From assembly GCA_010909165.1 (NCBI GenBank), contig MU008156.1:124001-188000 (forward strand): a DNA stretch of 64,000 nt. The letters run 5' to 3'. Below are positions 13,301 through 26,366 of the stretch, piece by piece; within the stretch, counting starts at the first letter, position 1, and each line of letters begins with the position of its first letter. Made by a program: the position numbers and the translations under genes. The DNA is from Anthoceros angustus. Taxonomy: Eukaryota; Plantae; Anthocerotophyta. Below the pieces are notes generated by a model, which was given only the letters and a program-made list of their open reading frames with translations, had not been told where the DNA came from and did not search any database.

Positions 13301-14035
13301 ATGCAGCTCCAATGGGCGGACACCATCCTCACTGTGAAGTGGCCGTATCTGGCAGTTGTCTGTGTTCTGGGTATTGTTTTGGGCCTGGGAGCTGGCGGCC
13401 ATTTGCTCTTCTCCCTTTCCGATAGCAGGAAGCGGCGCAGCAGTTCAGGGTTCTTCATTTGGGGGCTTGCCTTTGTCTGGTATGCTCTCATGTGTGTAGG
13501 AGGCTTGGTATTCCACTGCTTCCAACGACACCCAGCCTTCTATTTCTTGGACTTGGTATCCACAGGTTCTTCTTCTATGTCTATATTGATAGGCTTCGCT
13601 GTATTCGCCAACCTAGTGGATGACAGGCTACTGAAATGGCGACTAGCATGCCTTGTAATCCACATATGCGTAGCAGCTGTGGGGCTATTCGCTCCTCCAC
13701 TGATTCGTGAGCAAGTCTATATTGTTCCCACCGTAGTGGCGCTACTTGCAGGGCATTTGCTCCTTGCAAAATCTCTGATTACTTCCTTCAGACAGGGTAA
13801 ACTTGTTCACGATCTGACAACAAACTCCCCTCAATGTTGGCTCCTACTTGCATCCGTTTCCATCCTTCTGGGAGCAGCAGCTTTGGTTGGAGATAGGTTC
13901 CTGTGCTTCGTTTTCGGATCCAACGGCGGATTTATAGTCTGGTTTTTTTTGGGATGTGACTTGTTCATCCTCTGTGCTTACAGAGCTGTCATTCTGATGG
14001 ATAAAGAGCAGACGAGATTACTCAAAAGCAAATGA
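13301..14035 (+). CDS. Single-exon 244-aa multi-pass (~7 TM) membrane protein of unknown function, possibly CREST-like
   Basis: ATG-initiated ORF with ~7 hydrophobic segments; GGLVFHC followed by a helix containing Asp loosely resembles the SxxxH...D motif of the ceramidase/PAQR superfamily. Confidence 0.65.
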   Translation: MQLQWADTILTVKWPYLAVVCVLGIVLGLGAGGHLLFSLSDSRKRRSSSGFFIWGLAFVWYALMCVGGLVFHCFQRHPAFYFLDLVSTGSSSMSILIGFAVFANLVDDRLLKWRLACLVIHICVAAVGLFAPPLIREQVYIVPTVVALLAGHLLLAKSLITSFRQGKLVHDLTTNSPQCWLLLASVSILLGAAALVGDRFLCFVFGSNGGFIVWFFLGCDLFILCAYRAVILMDKEQTRLLKSK

Positions 14036-14456
14036 CTGATGCTAGCAAAATGCTCCTACTGTGGGGATGTAAAGTAAAAACGCTATAGAAGTTGTATTGA
14101 TTGATTCCCATGCCATTTGGGACACGACACAAGATTTCTGGACAATTGCCTTCCATCTACTGAAACAAGAAGCTGCTGCCCACCGAGGAAAATCTGAACA
14201 AAGCACAGCATGAGTGTGCTGGAAAAACGAGAGTTTCTCCTACGTTTTCAGGTGGCTTTTCATCGCGTTTCACGGCTTAGTAGCGCAACGCATATGCGTG
14301 TTGCACCAACAGCTTCTGCCTCTCAAGATTGCAAACCCCAATCGTCTGTCCAGAATTTCCATGCGGACACTGTTTCAGTTGGGTCTTTATGAACCCGATT
14401 CGAACCATTTCAGATGAACGGCAGGGGCTCTCTCCAGCTTGCCAGGCCAAGGGAAG

Positions 14457-16011
14457 ATGAGTGGGATGCGACTGCTGCCTGGAGGGCCTTACGTCCGTGG
14501 ATGGAAGACAGTTGGATCGGGGGGTACCAGTACGCAGCGTGTGCGACTGCCTGTTTTTGGAAGCGCGCAACAGGGTCGGGTGTGGACTGCTGCTGGTCCA
14601 GTCAAGTCATGGCATCTCAGCTCAGGGCTGCAATTTGGATCTCGCTCCTGCCTGATGGCTGATCCTTCTCCTCAACAATGCAGGGCTACCCACAATGTGG
14701 ATGCTGCTGAGCTGAGCACTCGGCCGTCCCCTGGTGAGTTTTGCACATCCAGGCATAGCAGTTGAGAAGAGCATTTATCCTGAGTGTTCTCGGAAAAAGA
14801 GGTTGGCATCCAACCCAGCGTTGAAGTGGCTTGTTGCTGATCTCTTTGATGGGTTCATGTCACATCGCTCCGCTATACAATGCAGAAACATTGCACCTGT
14901 GGCGAACAGCGGATGCAGTCTGCTTTGATGTGGACAGCACAGTGTCTCTCGACGAAGGAATTGATGAACTGGCTGCCTTCTGTGGCGCGGGCGAAGCTGT
15001 CGCAGCATGGACTGCCAGGTCTGTCGGGTTTTTTAGGGCATACCAGCTCTGCTTGCTGGTCTGGCTGGCGATGCTGCTCGAGTCTCACTTCCTTGCATTC
15101 GGTGGCTTTGAAGGTACCTGATATCGTCGGACACGTGTCCGTGATGCAGAGCCATGGGCGGGTCGGTGCCGTTTGAGGAAGCCTTGGCTGCAAGACTGGC
15201 TTTGTTCCAACCATCGTTCTCAACAGTGACTGAATTTCTGACCAAGAAGCCTCCCAGGTACGGAATTAGCACCCTTCAAATAATTTGAGTCTCACAAACA
15301 GGTCTGTCTCTTGGTGGTCTGATGCTGTTGAAGGCTTTTGCAGGCTTACCACCGGGATCACCGATCTGATAAGTAGGTTGCAGTCTCGCGGGGTTGATGT
15401 TTTCCTTGTTTCTGGAGGATTCCGACAGATGATCGAGGTGAAGTATACATTCACATTGAGCCTGGTGAGGCCCAGAGGACGTGGTTGCTGACCCTTCTGG
15501 ATATCGGTTTGCAGCCCATAGCGACTATCCTTCACATTCCGCAAGAGAGAATCTTTGCCAATACTCTGCTGTTCCATCCTGATGGGCAGTTCTCTGGCTT
15601 CGACTTGAATGAGCCGACCTGTCGGAGTGGAGGCAAAGCAGAAGCAATTGCCACCATAAAGCAGGTGTCTTGCCATTGCAGCCAGTTCCTCAAATTTGCT
15701 TGATGCTTTTTGCCAGACCGTCTGAGGTTCTCATGTTTGCTGCAGAAGCATGGGTACCACAAGCTGGTCATGATTGGAGATGGAGCTACTGATCTGGAGG
15801 TATCCAAGAAGCTGGATTTTAGGATTGAATGTAGGACCTGGGCATTGTGAAGTCCCATTTGACCTGTGGTAACCTGCAGGCTCGCAAGCCAGGGGGTGCA
15901 GACATCTTCATCTGTTATGGGGGCGTCCAACTTCGGGAAGGAGTAGCTGCGAAGTCGGACTGGTTGGTCATGGACTTCGAGGATTTGATTCAGAATATTC
16001 GCTCGTCATAG
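14457..16011 (+). CDS. PSP: Phosphoserine phosphatase (HAD family), with probable plastid transit peptide; 7 exons
   Basis: Spliced: ETLHLWRTADAVCFDVDSTV (HAD motif I)...AMGGSVPFEEALAARL...FLVSGGFRQMIE...GGKAEA...MIGDGATDLE|ARKPGGAD...; stop TAG at 16009-16011; start codon is inferred. Confidence 0.92.
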
Positions 16012-17519
16012 TGCCCAAGCTTTTGGATTCCAGACCTTCCCTGTCCAGAAGAACTATCTTCCTTTTTTTTTTGTCGCCATTTAACAACTATCTTCCTGTC
16101 CTCGTGCTCTAAGGCTAAGTACTGTAAAGAGCCAGGGACGAAACCAACTACGGCAAAATCCTGCCCGACGGGGAAATAACAGGTCACATGACCATAGTCT
16201 TTTTTGTCTGGTCCATGCGGCTTTGATGTCGGTCACGACTCATGGTGGTTGCCCTAGTGTCCGCTGTACCCTATAAGCTTGTCGTGCGCATTGGCAACTC
16301 CCCCTAAAAGCTTATCGTGCGCACTGGAAATTCCCTTGTACAGCCCGTTACTTCACTCTCGACATCGTTCCCAATTACATCACTACCATTGACTCTCATA
16401 ATTAAATACAAATTTATTTTTATTTTTATCTCATATTCAGTTCGTGTAACTATGAGTTTATGACCCCGGTTCAATTCGGCCTCCGAACCGGCTGAAATCG
16501 AAGTGTATGACCTGCGTACGTCAGGGAACTGACTGCCGCACTGCATTCTGTCCAATAACCGATTCGCTCCAATTCTGCGTCGGTGTGGTTTGGATTGAAC
16601 CGAACTAGGCGAACTATCATCCCGAGGTGGCACTCTGTAAAGGTCCTAAGTGATCATGTGCAAAAAACTTGGTTCCTCCATGTACCGCCCGTGCCGGTTC
16701 TCTCCACCATTGTTTGCCCGTGTAGGTGGCTCTCTTCTCCTCGATGCTAGTGATAACTCTAGCGTATGCATTTGTGGCATCAATTCCTCGAATATCCTTT
16801 GAAGTTTATGTAGAAATCTATGCTCACAGCACGCTTGGGCAAGGTGTACAAAATAATTTCCCTGCAAATGTTGGATGTAAGCCTAAACTTGGGTATGGTC
16901 CTCTAAAGTTTAGCACACTAATTGTGGCATAATTGCGGGCATCATTTACAGTTGCTTATCCCTCCAACACTCTCACTCAGCGCGGATGATATCTCGTGGT
17001 CAGATGCATAACGTGCTCCTGCTCAAGCCTACACCAGTTTTTGAGGAAGGAAGCAAAAAGACAGAAACACTTTGCGGAAGGGAAAGTGGCGATGACTTGA
17101 CCTTGTGTGAAGGCCTTCACTAATGCACTTCCGCAAGGCCCAAAGTTCTTGTCAAGCTACCATGGTGCTCCTTGCCCAGCGGCGGCTTGGTGAAGATGTC
17201 GGCTAGCATATTTTTAATGCCGCAAAACTAGAGCTCTACAATAGTTCTAATCTGCACTCAAATTTCAAAGTGGTACCGAGATGCTTGGTCCTCTTGTGAT
17301 ATTCGAGCTTCTTAGCGAGTATCATGCTATACTCTGGTGATTGTCGATTGATTAGTGTAGATGGTTGTCACAGCTTCTCTCTGTAGCCCTCTAGACTCCT
17401 CAGTGGGTACCGAAGCCATATGGCTTCCTTTGTTGCTTCCACAAGGGCCACTTATTTCTTGTGCAATAATACGCCTGCCCATGCATGTTCTCCTCATGGG
17501 TTTCCATTGTTAAAATAAA

Positions 17520-20500
17520 TAATTAGTGCTTCCAATGTTTTATAACTTGGGATACTTACTCGGTCGGGGCCTTCTGGTTTTCAGGCGGCGCCCGTGCGGC
17601 ACGGGATTCGACGTAGGGTGCGGTGGTGTGGCCGGGGCTTCTTTTAGGTCCTACGTACAGGGGGTTTTTTTTTCGGCCTTGGGGGCTCCTGCCCCCAGGT
17701 CGTGCTGTGGGGCCCTGCCCGACCCAAGGGTTTGGTAATTGGGCAACCTGCTTATGGCGCGCTAATCTCTCTTTCAGTGTTCTACTACGGTATTTTGGCA
17801 AGCGGGAATGGCTCCAGCGGATGGCCTTAAACCGTCCTCTCTTGAATCTAAGGTGCAATGTGACATGGCGATCATTCTCCGGGGTTCATAGTCTTGAGGC
17901 GGTGACTCTCGTTTTGGAGGACAAATACTTTCTTTCATGGAGTCTCACATTATCTTGGAGGCTAGACTCAAGATTTCTGCCAAGCACTCGGATCTATCGA
18001 TAGGTTTGAGGCCCTCCATGCCCAATGATTCCCTCCTCAATGAATTACGGCAAACACAGGCTGATGTTTTGAGCCTTCAGAATGGGAACACCTTATTGCG
18101 ACTTCTCTAGACACTTTCCGCATGGATATGACCGCCAAAGATGACATCTTGATCTTGAGACATCTCTTAAGGAGCTCAGGAAGATTTCTGCCAAGCACTC
18201 GGATCTATCGATAGGTTTGAGGCCCTCAGACCAATGATTCCCTCCTCAATGAATTACGGCAAACAGTGATGTTTTGAGCCTTGAATGGGAACACCTTATT
18301 GCGAGACTTCTCTAGACACTTTCGCATGGATATGAGCCTTGACATCGATCTTGAGACATCTCTTAAGGAGCTCACAGGGAAGATTTGGCGCTAATATGAT
18401 CTCTAAGCACGTTGAGTGACCACAATTCCACACTCTACTCCGGCTACCACGTTTGACCTACGGCCTTTTGGAGAAGGTTGAAATTATTGTTGAAGACAAA
18501 TTAACTTCTATCCGTCTTGGCATGTCCAAGAATGATGAGGTTATTCAAGAATTGCGGGATAGGCCCCTTGCCCCTGACCCGATCTTTTGCCGCCACGGCC
18601 GCCGAAACTCGCCATCTATCGCTACCATTTGAGTCCGATCGCGATAAGCGATCTCGAAACCTCCAGACATGGATATCGGGAACTACTGTAAAAGTGCTGT
18701 AAGGGGTTTTGGTGATGTTATCAAGGTCGATGTTCGGTTCCAACACGCTTGGAGAGTGGGTAAGGACCATTCTCGATCCCCACTTATATTGTGCGTTTTT
18801 ACTCTTGAGGACAGTTGCGTGTGTTACGTGCACGCACAAACTTGAAAGGCCAAGATATATTTGTCAACCGACCTTACTCCTCTCCAATGGGAACGCAAGA
18901 AGCAATTGTTGCTTGTAAGAAGGCAAAATCGAGGGTATGGTGGCTTATTTCATTGATGACGACCTAGTTATACGGGAACCCAAGACTGCGCATGTCCGTA
19001 GGGATGCGGGGCCCGTGATGGCATCCTCCTCACCGCTTCGAATTGCAACGGATCTATCAATCTACACCGGCGGAATGCTTGATCTCCTCACGGGCCGGGA
19101 TTGCCGGGATATTGTGTTTCTATCGAGACTCATGAGCATCATACCCGCCCCTTAGGCCGTTCTCCGGATATTCATGTTTTCTACCTTTAGACACCATGTC
19201 TCCAAAGAACTCTCCCAAGGCTTTGGGTATTGCTTGCTATTTTCGGAGTCCTTGACTCCTTTTATCTCCTTATTCGTCACGACGAGCTTAGCTCATCCTC
19301 CGCGCTGGCTTCTTGGAATTACAGCGGATCTATCAATCTACACCTGGCGGAATGCTTGATCTCCTCACGGGCGGGATTGCGGGATATTGTGTTTCTATCG
19401 AGACTCATGAGCATCATACCCGCCCCTTAGGCGTTCTCCGGATATTCATGTTTTCTACCTTTAGACACCATGTCTCCGCAACTCTCCCAAGGCTTTGGTG
19501 TGCTTGCTATTTTGAGTCCTTGACTCCTTTTATCTCCTTATTCGTCACGACAGAGCTCTCCTCTGGTTCAGTGCTGCTCTTTTCTCTTCTCACCGTGACT
19601 TATATGTTGGCGTCTGTTACTTCCCTCCAAGGTCCTCCAAATATGCTCAGGGCGATAATCCATATGCGGATCTCTCTGAGTCCATCTCCGAGTTTTCCCC
19701 TATTGCTGATATTCTTCTCGTTGGGGACTTCAACGCTTGGACCGGCTGTCAACAAGCTGCTATCTATGATTCCTTGGATTTCGACAAAATTTCTCACGTG
19801 GATCCTCCGACCTGGATCGGTCTTCCTCGATACCCATCCACTAAATTCCTATGGTGTTGCCCTTTACGCCTTGTCAATCCCACAACATGGTCATTTTCAA
19901 CGGACTCCCGTTGGCGGACGGTAGTAATTCTTTCTTGATGATGGTTCCTCTTCTAGCGGTTGGATTATGTTATTGGTGACGTCGGCCTTCTCTCGCGTAT
20001 TTCTAGGCTCGGACTGGACTCCACATGTTTGGAGTCGACCATCTTCTTGATTGTTTTGATCTTTGTTCCTCCGCCCCCTCGGGATCCCCCCTCCCACTAT
20101 CTCTCCACAGATTCACCTTTCCACAAGACCTTGTACCCCAATTTTCCAGCTTGCTCCGCTCCTCCCTTGCTTCCATTCCCCCACCTCCCTTTTCTTGCCA
20201 CCACTTCCTCTGCTGTTCTAACCTCCGCCGCTCCACTTTTCCTTTCAAATTTTGCCATCCTCCCGTGCAAACCAACCCCCGCCATCCTCGGTTTGATGCG
20301 GATTGTAGCGCATGCGCTCTCAATTGCATCTCACTTTGCGCCAACTTAATCTCCTCCCCGGATCCCATCATTCCGCTCTTTACAAAGCCACTGTCAAGCC
20401 TTACAAAGCCTTCATCTCCATGAAAAAGTCCCAATTCATCCCTTTGCTCGAATCAAGACTCCCCGTGGTTTGTCTCCCCACCAGATCCCTATCCAACTTG

Positions 20501-21900
20501 GCGTTCGCGAGGGTGACCCTTTGTCCCCAAATCTCTTTGGGTTGTATATTGATGAGCTTGAGGAATGGCTTCTTAGATCTGGCGACCCTGGTGCTCGGCT
20601 ATTTGGAAAGTATTCCTATCCTCCTATATCGGATGATATTGTTCTTTTATCTCATTCCCCGGAGGGCCTGCAAAAGCAACTGGATGTTTTATCCCTTTTT
20701 TGTAAAACCAAGGGTCTCTTTGTCAATCTGCGCAAGACCAAGATTATGCAGTTCAACACTCGGGATTACAAGGGTGATTGCAAATTTTATTATGATGGTC
20801 GGAGGTGGAGATGGTTCGATCCTATACTTATCTGGGTATCACTATTTTCGGTCCTAAATTTAAGCTGGACCTCCTCTGCCTCCTCCGCTACCAAGGGATG
20901 GGCTCGTCTGCTTTTGCGCCGTTCTTTTATCTGAGGATGAATCTTCGGATATCAATCTTGAGCGGTGTTCAACACTATGGTAATTCCCTCCGCCTTGTAT
21001 GGCGCTGAAATTTGGGGCCGGATCTTTCCCTTCTTCTTGGGCGAAGGTGGAAAGGGTTCAATCTTCCTTTCTCCGCTCACATTGCTTGTAAGCGTTCAAC
21101 TCCATTACCCATCCTCCTTTACGAATTTGCAGCCTTTCCCTCGAACTTGATGGCCTTTTTCGTCTCTCATCCTTTCTTTACCGCCTCCACCTCCTTGATA
21201 TTGCTAATCCCATTTTGGATCCCCTTACCTCCTCCTTGCCTTTAGGTCCTCCGCCTGGCTCAATCTTGACCCACAAGCTTCTTTTGTCTGGCTTTCTCAA
21301 GCTGCCAACCGCTTAGAAGATTCGAGTTTGAACCTTTTCGACTCCTCGCCCCCTCCTCCTCCCAACTCCCCTTTCTCACATCCCCCAACCACTCCATTCG
21401 CGGGGCCCTTAAATTAAGATACCTTCGCCTCACGGTCCCCTCTTTCCTTTTCCCCTCTCACTTCTAGACTCCGCTTACAAAGACGAGCTCGAGTTAATCC
21501 TCCCTCAGTAAATTTCCCCCCGCCTGCCACCCCGGTTCCCCCTTTCCTTCAAACTCCGTGACACTCATAGGTCAATTTCGTGTTAGCTCCCACCACCTCC
21601 GGATTGAGACCGATCGTTGGCTCAAGCCTATCCCTCCCAAGGCGATAGGATGCAAGCTTTGCTCCTTGGATCACGAATCAATCACACTTCCTCTTTTATT
21701 GTCCCGCCTATGCCGATATTTGGTCTCGTTACTCTCTTCTTGAATGTGCGGCTTCTCGGCAGATTTTCTCTTTCCACATTCCTAGGCTCTGGACTATGTC
21801 TCTCTGAGCTTCTTGATCTTGGTCCTTGTTGGACTCCTTGTAGTCTTTGCCTTCTTTTACGCTTCTCTCATGTCACGCTTCTCTAGTGCACGTAAGTGCT
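17520..21900 (+). mobile_element. Near full-length degenerate LINE (ORF1 plus APE-RT-CCHC ORF2)
   Basis: ORF1 relics (coiled coil LNELRQTQADVL; KIYLSTDLTPLQWERKKQL); APE GDFNA and DYVIG; RT LGVREGDPLSPNLFGLYID...DDIVLL...VNLRKTKIM; C-terminal FRVSSHHLRIETDRW...CKLC; many indels, an internal deletion near 20440, and ~210- and ~280-bp tandem duplications; boundaries approximate. Confidence 0.85.
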
Positions 21901-22859
21901 CGTGCGTCGTAAGGTGGTTTCTTCGAGTCACTTTAAGACCAAAGCGGGAGGACAGGCGAAGACTCAAGGGCTTTGGGCGGGCGATAACCCGATGAAAGGG
22001 GCGGAGCAGTTCAAAATTTGGTCATCGTGATGGATTCGGAGTCCGCTCTAGCACCCGATGAGTCACAAGTTAGCCATAGAGAGTAGGTTTACGGTGTTGT
22101 AGGCACTTAGATGTGCTTCTTCTCTGTGTTCGTAATAACTTTTGGACCCGTTGCAGTGAGACAATTGATGATTTCATTTTCCCCTCTTCCTCAAAAACGA
22201 AGCAAAGGCACCGGCCGGCCGGTGCCTTCGCTTGGATTTGTTGTCTTTATGTGTTGGAAACGGGTTTTCATGATAACTACTCGTTGGAAAACGGTCGACC
22301 TTTCTTGAAAACAAGGCAAAACGCATATTTCGGGACTGTGTGGAATGTGCTAAGAGGGTTTCCATGTCACAGAAGGGGGTTCGGATATTCACCCCCTTCG
22401 AAAGATATCGATAGTGTTGTGACTATTCCATCCGTTGTGGAGATTCCGCAAGAGACTTGGAAGCACGCAAAGCCTCTTCCTAAAGATATGCCCAATCGCC
22501 AGCCCGAAAATGTCCAATACAGCTTGCGACCTCCCCATGACCAGAGCCCCCACCCCTAGTACACACAAACACCATCGAGGGAGGAGCAGGAGAAGACACC
22601 GGGCCAGCTCGTCCTTGGAGTTAAGCACAAGGTGATCCTGAGGAAGACGAAATGCTAAGCGGGTATTATCATGGAGGTGCCTGGGAAGCCTGCGGAAAAT
22701 AATGTTGTTTGTGTCTGTTTTGATCCAACACGGCAAGGTTTCACCGCTTGCAGGAAGCCCCGCCCTCTTGATCCAACACGGCAAGGTTTCACCACTTGTG
22801 GGAAGCCCCACTCCCTGACTTCAATCTTGATAGAGCATAGAATATCAAGGTTGGAGTCA

Positions 22860-22990
22860 AGTTTGAATGACAATCTAGATATTTATGAGGTAGCTTTGAT
22901 ACTAAAGGCAGCTTGGTTTCAAGATGTTAGTAACACAAAACTTGAACATTGTTGGCAGAAGAGTACAATTTGTCATACAAGCAGACCCGC
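22860..22990 (+). mobile_element. pogo/Tigger-like transposase C-terminal relic
   Basis: LDIYEVALILKAAWFQDVSNTKLEHCWQKSTI resembles the I..AW..V...tI.nCW.K motif after DDE_1. Confidence 0.4.
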
Positions 22991-23269
22991 TACTGGACAA
23001 AGCATGCCAAGCATGACGAGCACTAATGATGAAGAACATGAAAGCATATTTGACTTGAATGATTCGGATCCACGTATGCACCTTCATGTTTAGTTTAATG
23101 ATGATGTAGGTGAAGGCAAGGGCGGGGGGCATTATGCGGTAGCATGTTAAAGATCGTACTTAATAAGCTATGAAATATAACACTGAGTGGAGGAGGTGTA
23201 CTACCTTCAATGAGTGCACGAGAGTATGCAGATTTTGAAGACTGTAATGCAATGGAAACATGTCATGAT

Positions 23270-23420
23270 CTAAATTGTGGCAGGAATATGAGAAATTACT
23301 AATCCGAAGTTGTTCACATGTGAAGAACCAAGGGTGAAAGTGCATGATTTGGTGAACCTAGAGGCACTTTGAGAGGAGGTAAAGTTTGAGACTGTTACGA
23401 ACGGTTTTGGGAGTATTTTA
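23270..23420 (-). mobile_element. Possible LTR-retrotransposon RT relic
   Basis: KSCTFTLGSSHVNNFGLVISH resembles the KC.F....V.yLG.vIS RT motif; short and decayed. Confidence 0.3.
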
Positions 23421-23978
23421 CAATGGGTACAGGAATGGCCACATGATACCATAGAGACCATCCTTTCCCTCAAAGCCATGGAGACGCACTAGCTCCAGTC
23501 AGGCAATCAATCACTGAATACTTCGTTCTTTAGCAAATGTCATTTGATCCTTTATCAAATTAATTTACTATTACTGTTTTCCAGATACTATATTAGATAT
23601 TTCATCGGTTTAAAGGCTGGGGACGCTTTGTCCCTGATCCCCAGTGCCTCCTTGGCCTTAACACTCCAGGGTTGTCATCTGCCGCTGCTTCCTCTCCGCA
23701 CATTTTCTCCTGTCAGCAGTAGTATTTTGTTCGAGTTTCTGCCATTAGTCCTTAAGCAGTTAGGATTATCGTTCCGTGGACAATTTTGTGCTTTCGCCGA
23801 TGGGGTGGTCCACACCATCTGTGACCCTCAAGGACACTCCTTGTTCGGTCTATGCTAAGCTTTGTTGCGGAATTAAGAGGGTGAAAACCCATATTGGGCA
23901 TTTGCATAAGGTCTTCGACCAGGCTGCTTAGCAGCCCAATTGTGTTTTGCCACCCCCACCACCTTTGTGGTGCATGCT

Positions 23979-24395
23979 CTAGTGTCTAGCTCCGTTCTTC
24001 CCAGCTTTGTGATTGATGGAATCATCATTCTCTAAGGGCTTCTTATGAAATGATGCATTGTCCAGAAGTAGCAACACTTTCTCTTTCCCTGCAAGTCTCA
24101 TTTGTTTCTCAAAACTTAGTAAGAACTTATTAAACAAAGCATAAGCTATCAAAGAACGCGTGTTGGAGTTCCAAAAGATGCCTACATTGTTAGGGTGAGA
24201 AATGTTTTGGTTACTGAAAGCTCTGGGCCGCATTGCTGTGTAGACATAGAAAGGCCGAAGATTTATAGACCCATCCATGTTACACATAAAGGCCACGGTT
24301 AGTCTTTCCGTACCTGTTTTTCTTTTCTCCACCTGATGAGTCGCAAGTCTCAAATTGGGCTCCAACCTGTATGTCAACACATATTTGTAGCCCAT
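23979..24395 (-). mobile_element. pogo/CENP-B-type DDE transposase fragment
   Basis: ERLTVAFMCNMDGS...RPRAF...WNSN...FEKQMR...KVLLLLDNASFHK, typical of the DDE_1 domain. Confidence 0.75.
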
Positions 24396-24668
24396 CTACT
24401 ACATCACCTTAAGACAAACTAAGATTAGCTTGACTATAGGCCAACAACTCTTTTTTTTGCCCAAAATCTAGCTCACCCTTTGTGGTTGGTGCCAACATGA
24501 TAGCCCGACTAGGTCGAGCATGTCTTCTCACTGATATTTCGCCTCTCAATAGGAAGTACGAAACTCGTCATGTCCTATAAGAACATAGAAACTACATAAG
24601 AATTATCATAAGGCAGGAATTATGTCAATACCATTTTGTCAACCAGCAACACATGCACAGGTGTGACA

Positions 24669-24860
24669 ACTCACCAAGATGGCGTCACAATTGGGCTATG
24701 CAATCAATGAGACCATACTCACCAAGATGGCATCACAATTGGGCGCTGCAATCGATGATACCGTGCTCACCAAGATGGCGTCACAATTGGGCTATGCAAT
24801 CAGTGACACCATACTCACCAAGATGGTCTCACAATTGGGCTCTGCAATTAGTGAGATTGT
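24669..24860 (+). repeat. 48-bp tandem repeat, 4 copies
   Basis: actcaccaagatggcgtcacaattgggctatgcaatcaatgagaccat units from 24669 with 48-bp period. Confidence 0.85.
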
Positions 24861-25641
24861 ACACTGCAGTCACTAAGTCACTAAAGTTGAGAAGCAGCAC
24901 TCTCCAATTAAGCAATGTTGCAAAAGTGACACCAGACAACTCACCAAGATGACTTCAACCATTTTAGTCACTAAAGATGAGAATCTTCAAAGCTTGGCCT
25001 TCTCTACGAGAGCACATTTTGACTACGAAGCATGTCCTTCACGGTGAGCTGAGCTCGGCCTTCACCGCGAGACCACGGCCACCATCGTCCGAGGATGTCT
25101 TCAACGTGAGACTACGGCCTTCTCGCCCCCCTAGCGCATGACCTTCACCCCTCGCAAGTGCACGACTTTCATCCTCATGGCCTACAACACAAAAATGAGC
25201 CATAATTAATTCATGATCATATTTTATTTTATATAATACATCATAATACATATTATCACACTAATAATATAATTAATTAATATTACAATGTTAGATTATA
25301 TGTAATCATACTTTAACATTTATTAGCACTATATTGTGAAAGCAATCGCGGGTTTTCCAAAGATAAACATAACACTTATTCAAAACCCTTTGAAAATTTT
25401 ATGGAGTACCTATAGCCTTAAGTAACAATTATAGAGGGTTTAAAAATTTATATAGGGCACATTTATCCAGGGTAGACTGTAGTGCACATATCCTGTTGAG
25501 CGCTTCTAATTAGGTACCTACAATCTAGGTAGGCAGTTTGCACCCGTAAGTTCCGTTCGCACCATGCATATTAGGGCTTGGCCTTACTTTTAGGGTTCAG
25601 GTATTTTTCGCGCTCAGTGTGTGTGACCAGGCTTTGCAGCG

Positions 25642-26366
25642 ATGGCGCCGTCGGTGGCAAGCAGCGGCATTGCCGTGGGTCTCAGCAAGGGGCATGCGGT
25701 CACAAAGAGGACGCCTGCTGTCCGTCCTTCTGCTACTAAGGGGGTACGTATCCGGGGTCATCGGCCTCGTTTGGTTTCGCACCACGACTAGGAATCTGTA
25801 GATACCTTCTACCTTGTAACGGAGTCCCGTGATTCTTTGTCGTTGCTGTTGGCTTCCCAAGTCTGGTGTCTTCCTTGCTTGCGGAGACCCTCGCTTGTCA
25901 GGCAGAGTATGACAAGCTGAACGGATAAATTCAGCTCGGATTGGGGTCCGATGAAGATCTCAACTGTGGCACCGGATGATGTCTGAGGCATTCTTCGTGT
26001 GTTGCAGAGGAAGGGAAAGAGAACCGGGTTTGTACGGTTGTTAATTCGTGAGGTTGCGGGATTCGCTCCTTACGAAAAGAGAGTTACAGAGTTGTTGAAG
26101 GTCGGGAAAGACAAGCGCGCCCTGAAGGTGGCGAAGAAGAAGCTGGGTACTCATCTCCGAGCTAAGAGAAAGCGTGAGGAGATGGCGACAGTGCTCCGAA
26201 AGCAAAGGTCTACAACTTACGTTTACGCTTTAGAACATTTAGTGTGGTGAAATTGAGAAAATGCATCTGGGGGCTTCCTTGAGCTGCTTTGTCTGCTGTG
26301 GTCGTCCTTTCCTCACAGCCCAATTGTGGTTACAGGGCAACAGGTGGTACCGAGAAGAAGAAGTGA
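25642..26366 (+). CDS. RPL36: 60S ribosomal protein L36 (eL36), 3 exons
   Basis: [23 protein letters not shown]...KG|[59 protein letters not shown]...|ATGGTEKKK*; GT-AG introns at 25744-26007 and ~26209-26336. Confidence 0.97.

Noticed and set aside
14457-16011. Phosphatase as an arsenate reductase of the cluster
   Set aside because: HAD DVDST phosphoserine phosphatase; no rhodanese/CDC25 or ArsC CX5R motif, and 15 kb from the block
25744-26007. Possible box C/D snoRNA in the long RPL36 intron 1 (CTGA near the 3' end, ATGAAGA upstream)
   Set aside because: No convincing C box at a suitable distance, and I could not identify an rRNA guide; needs snoScan/Infernal
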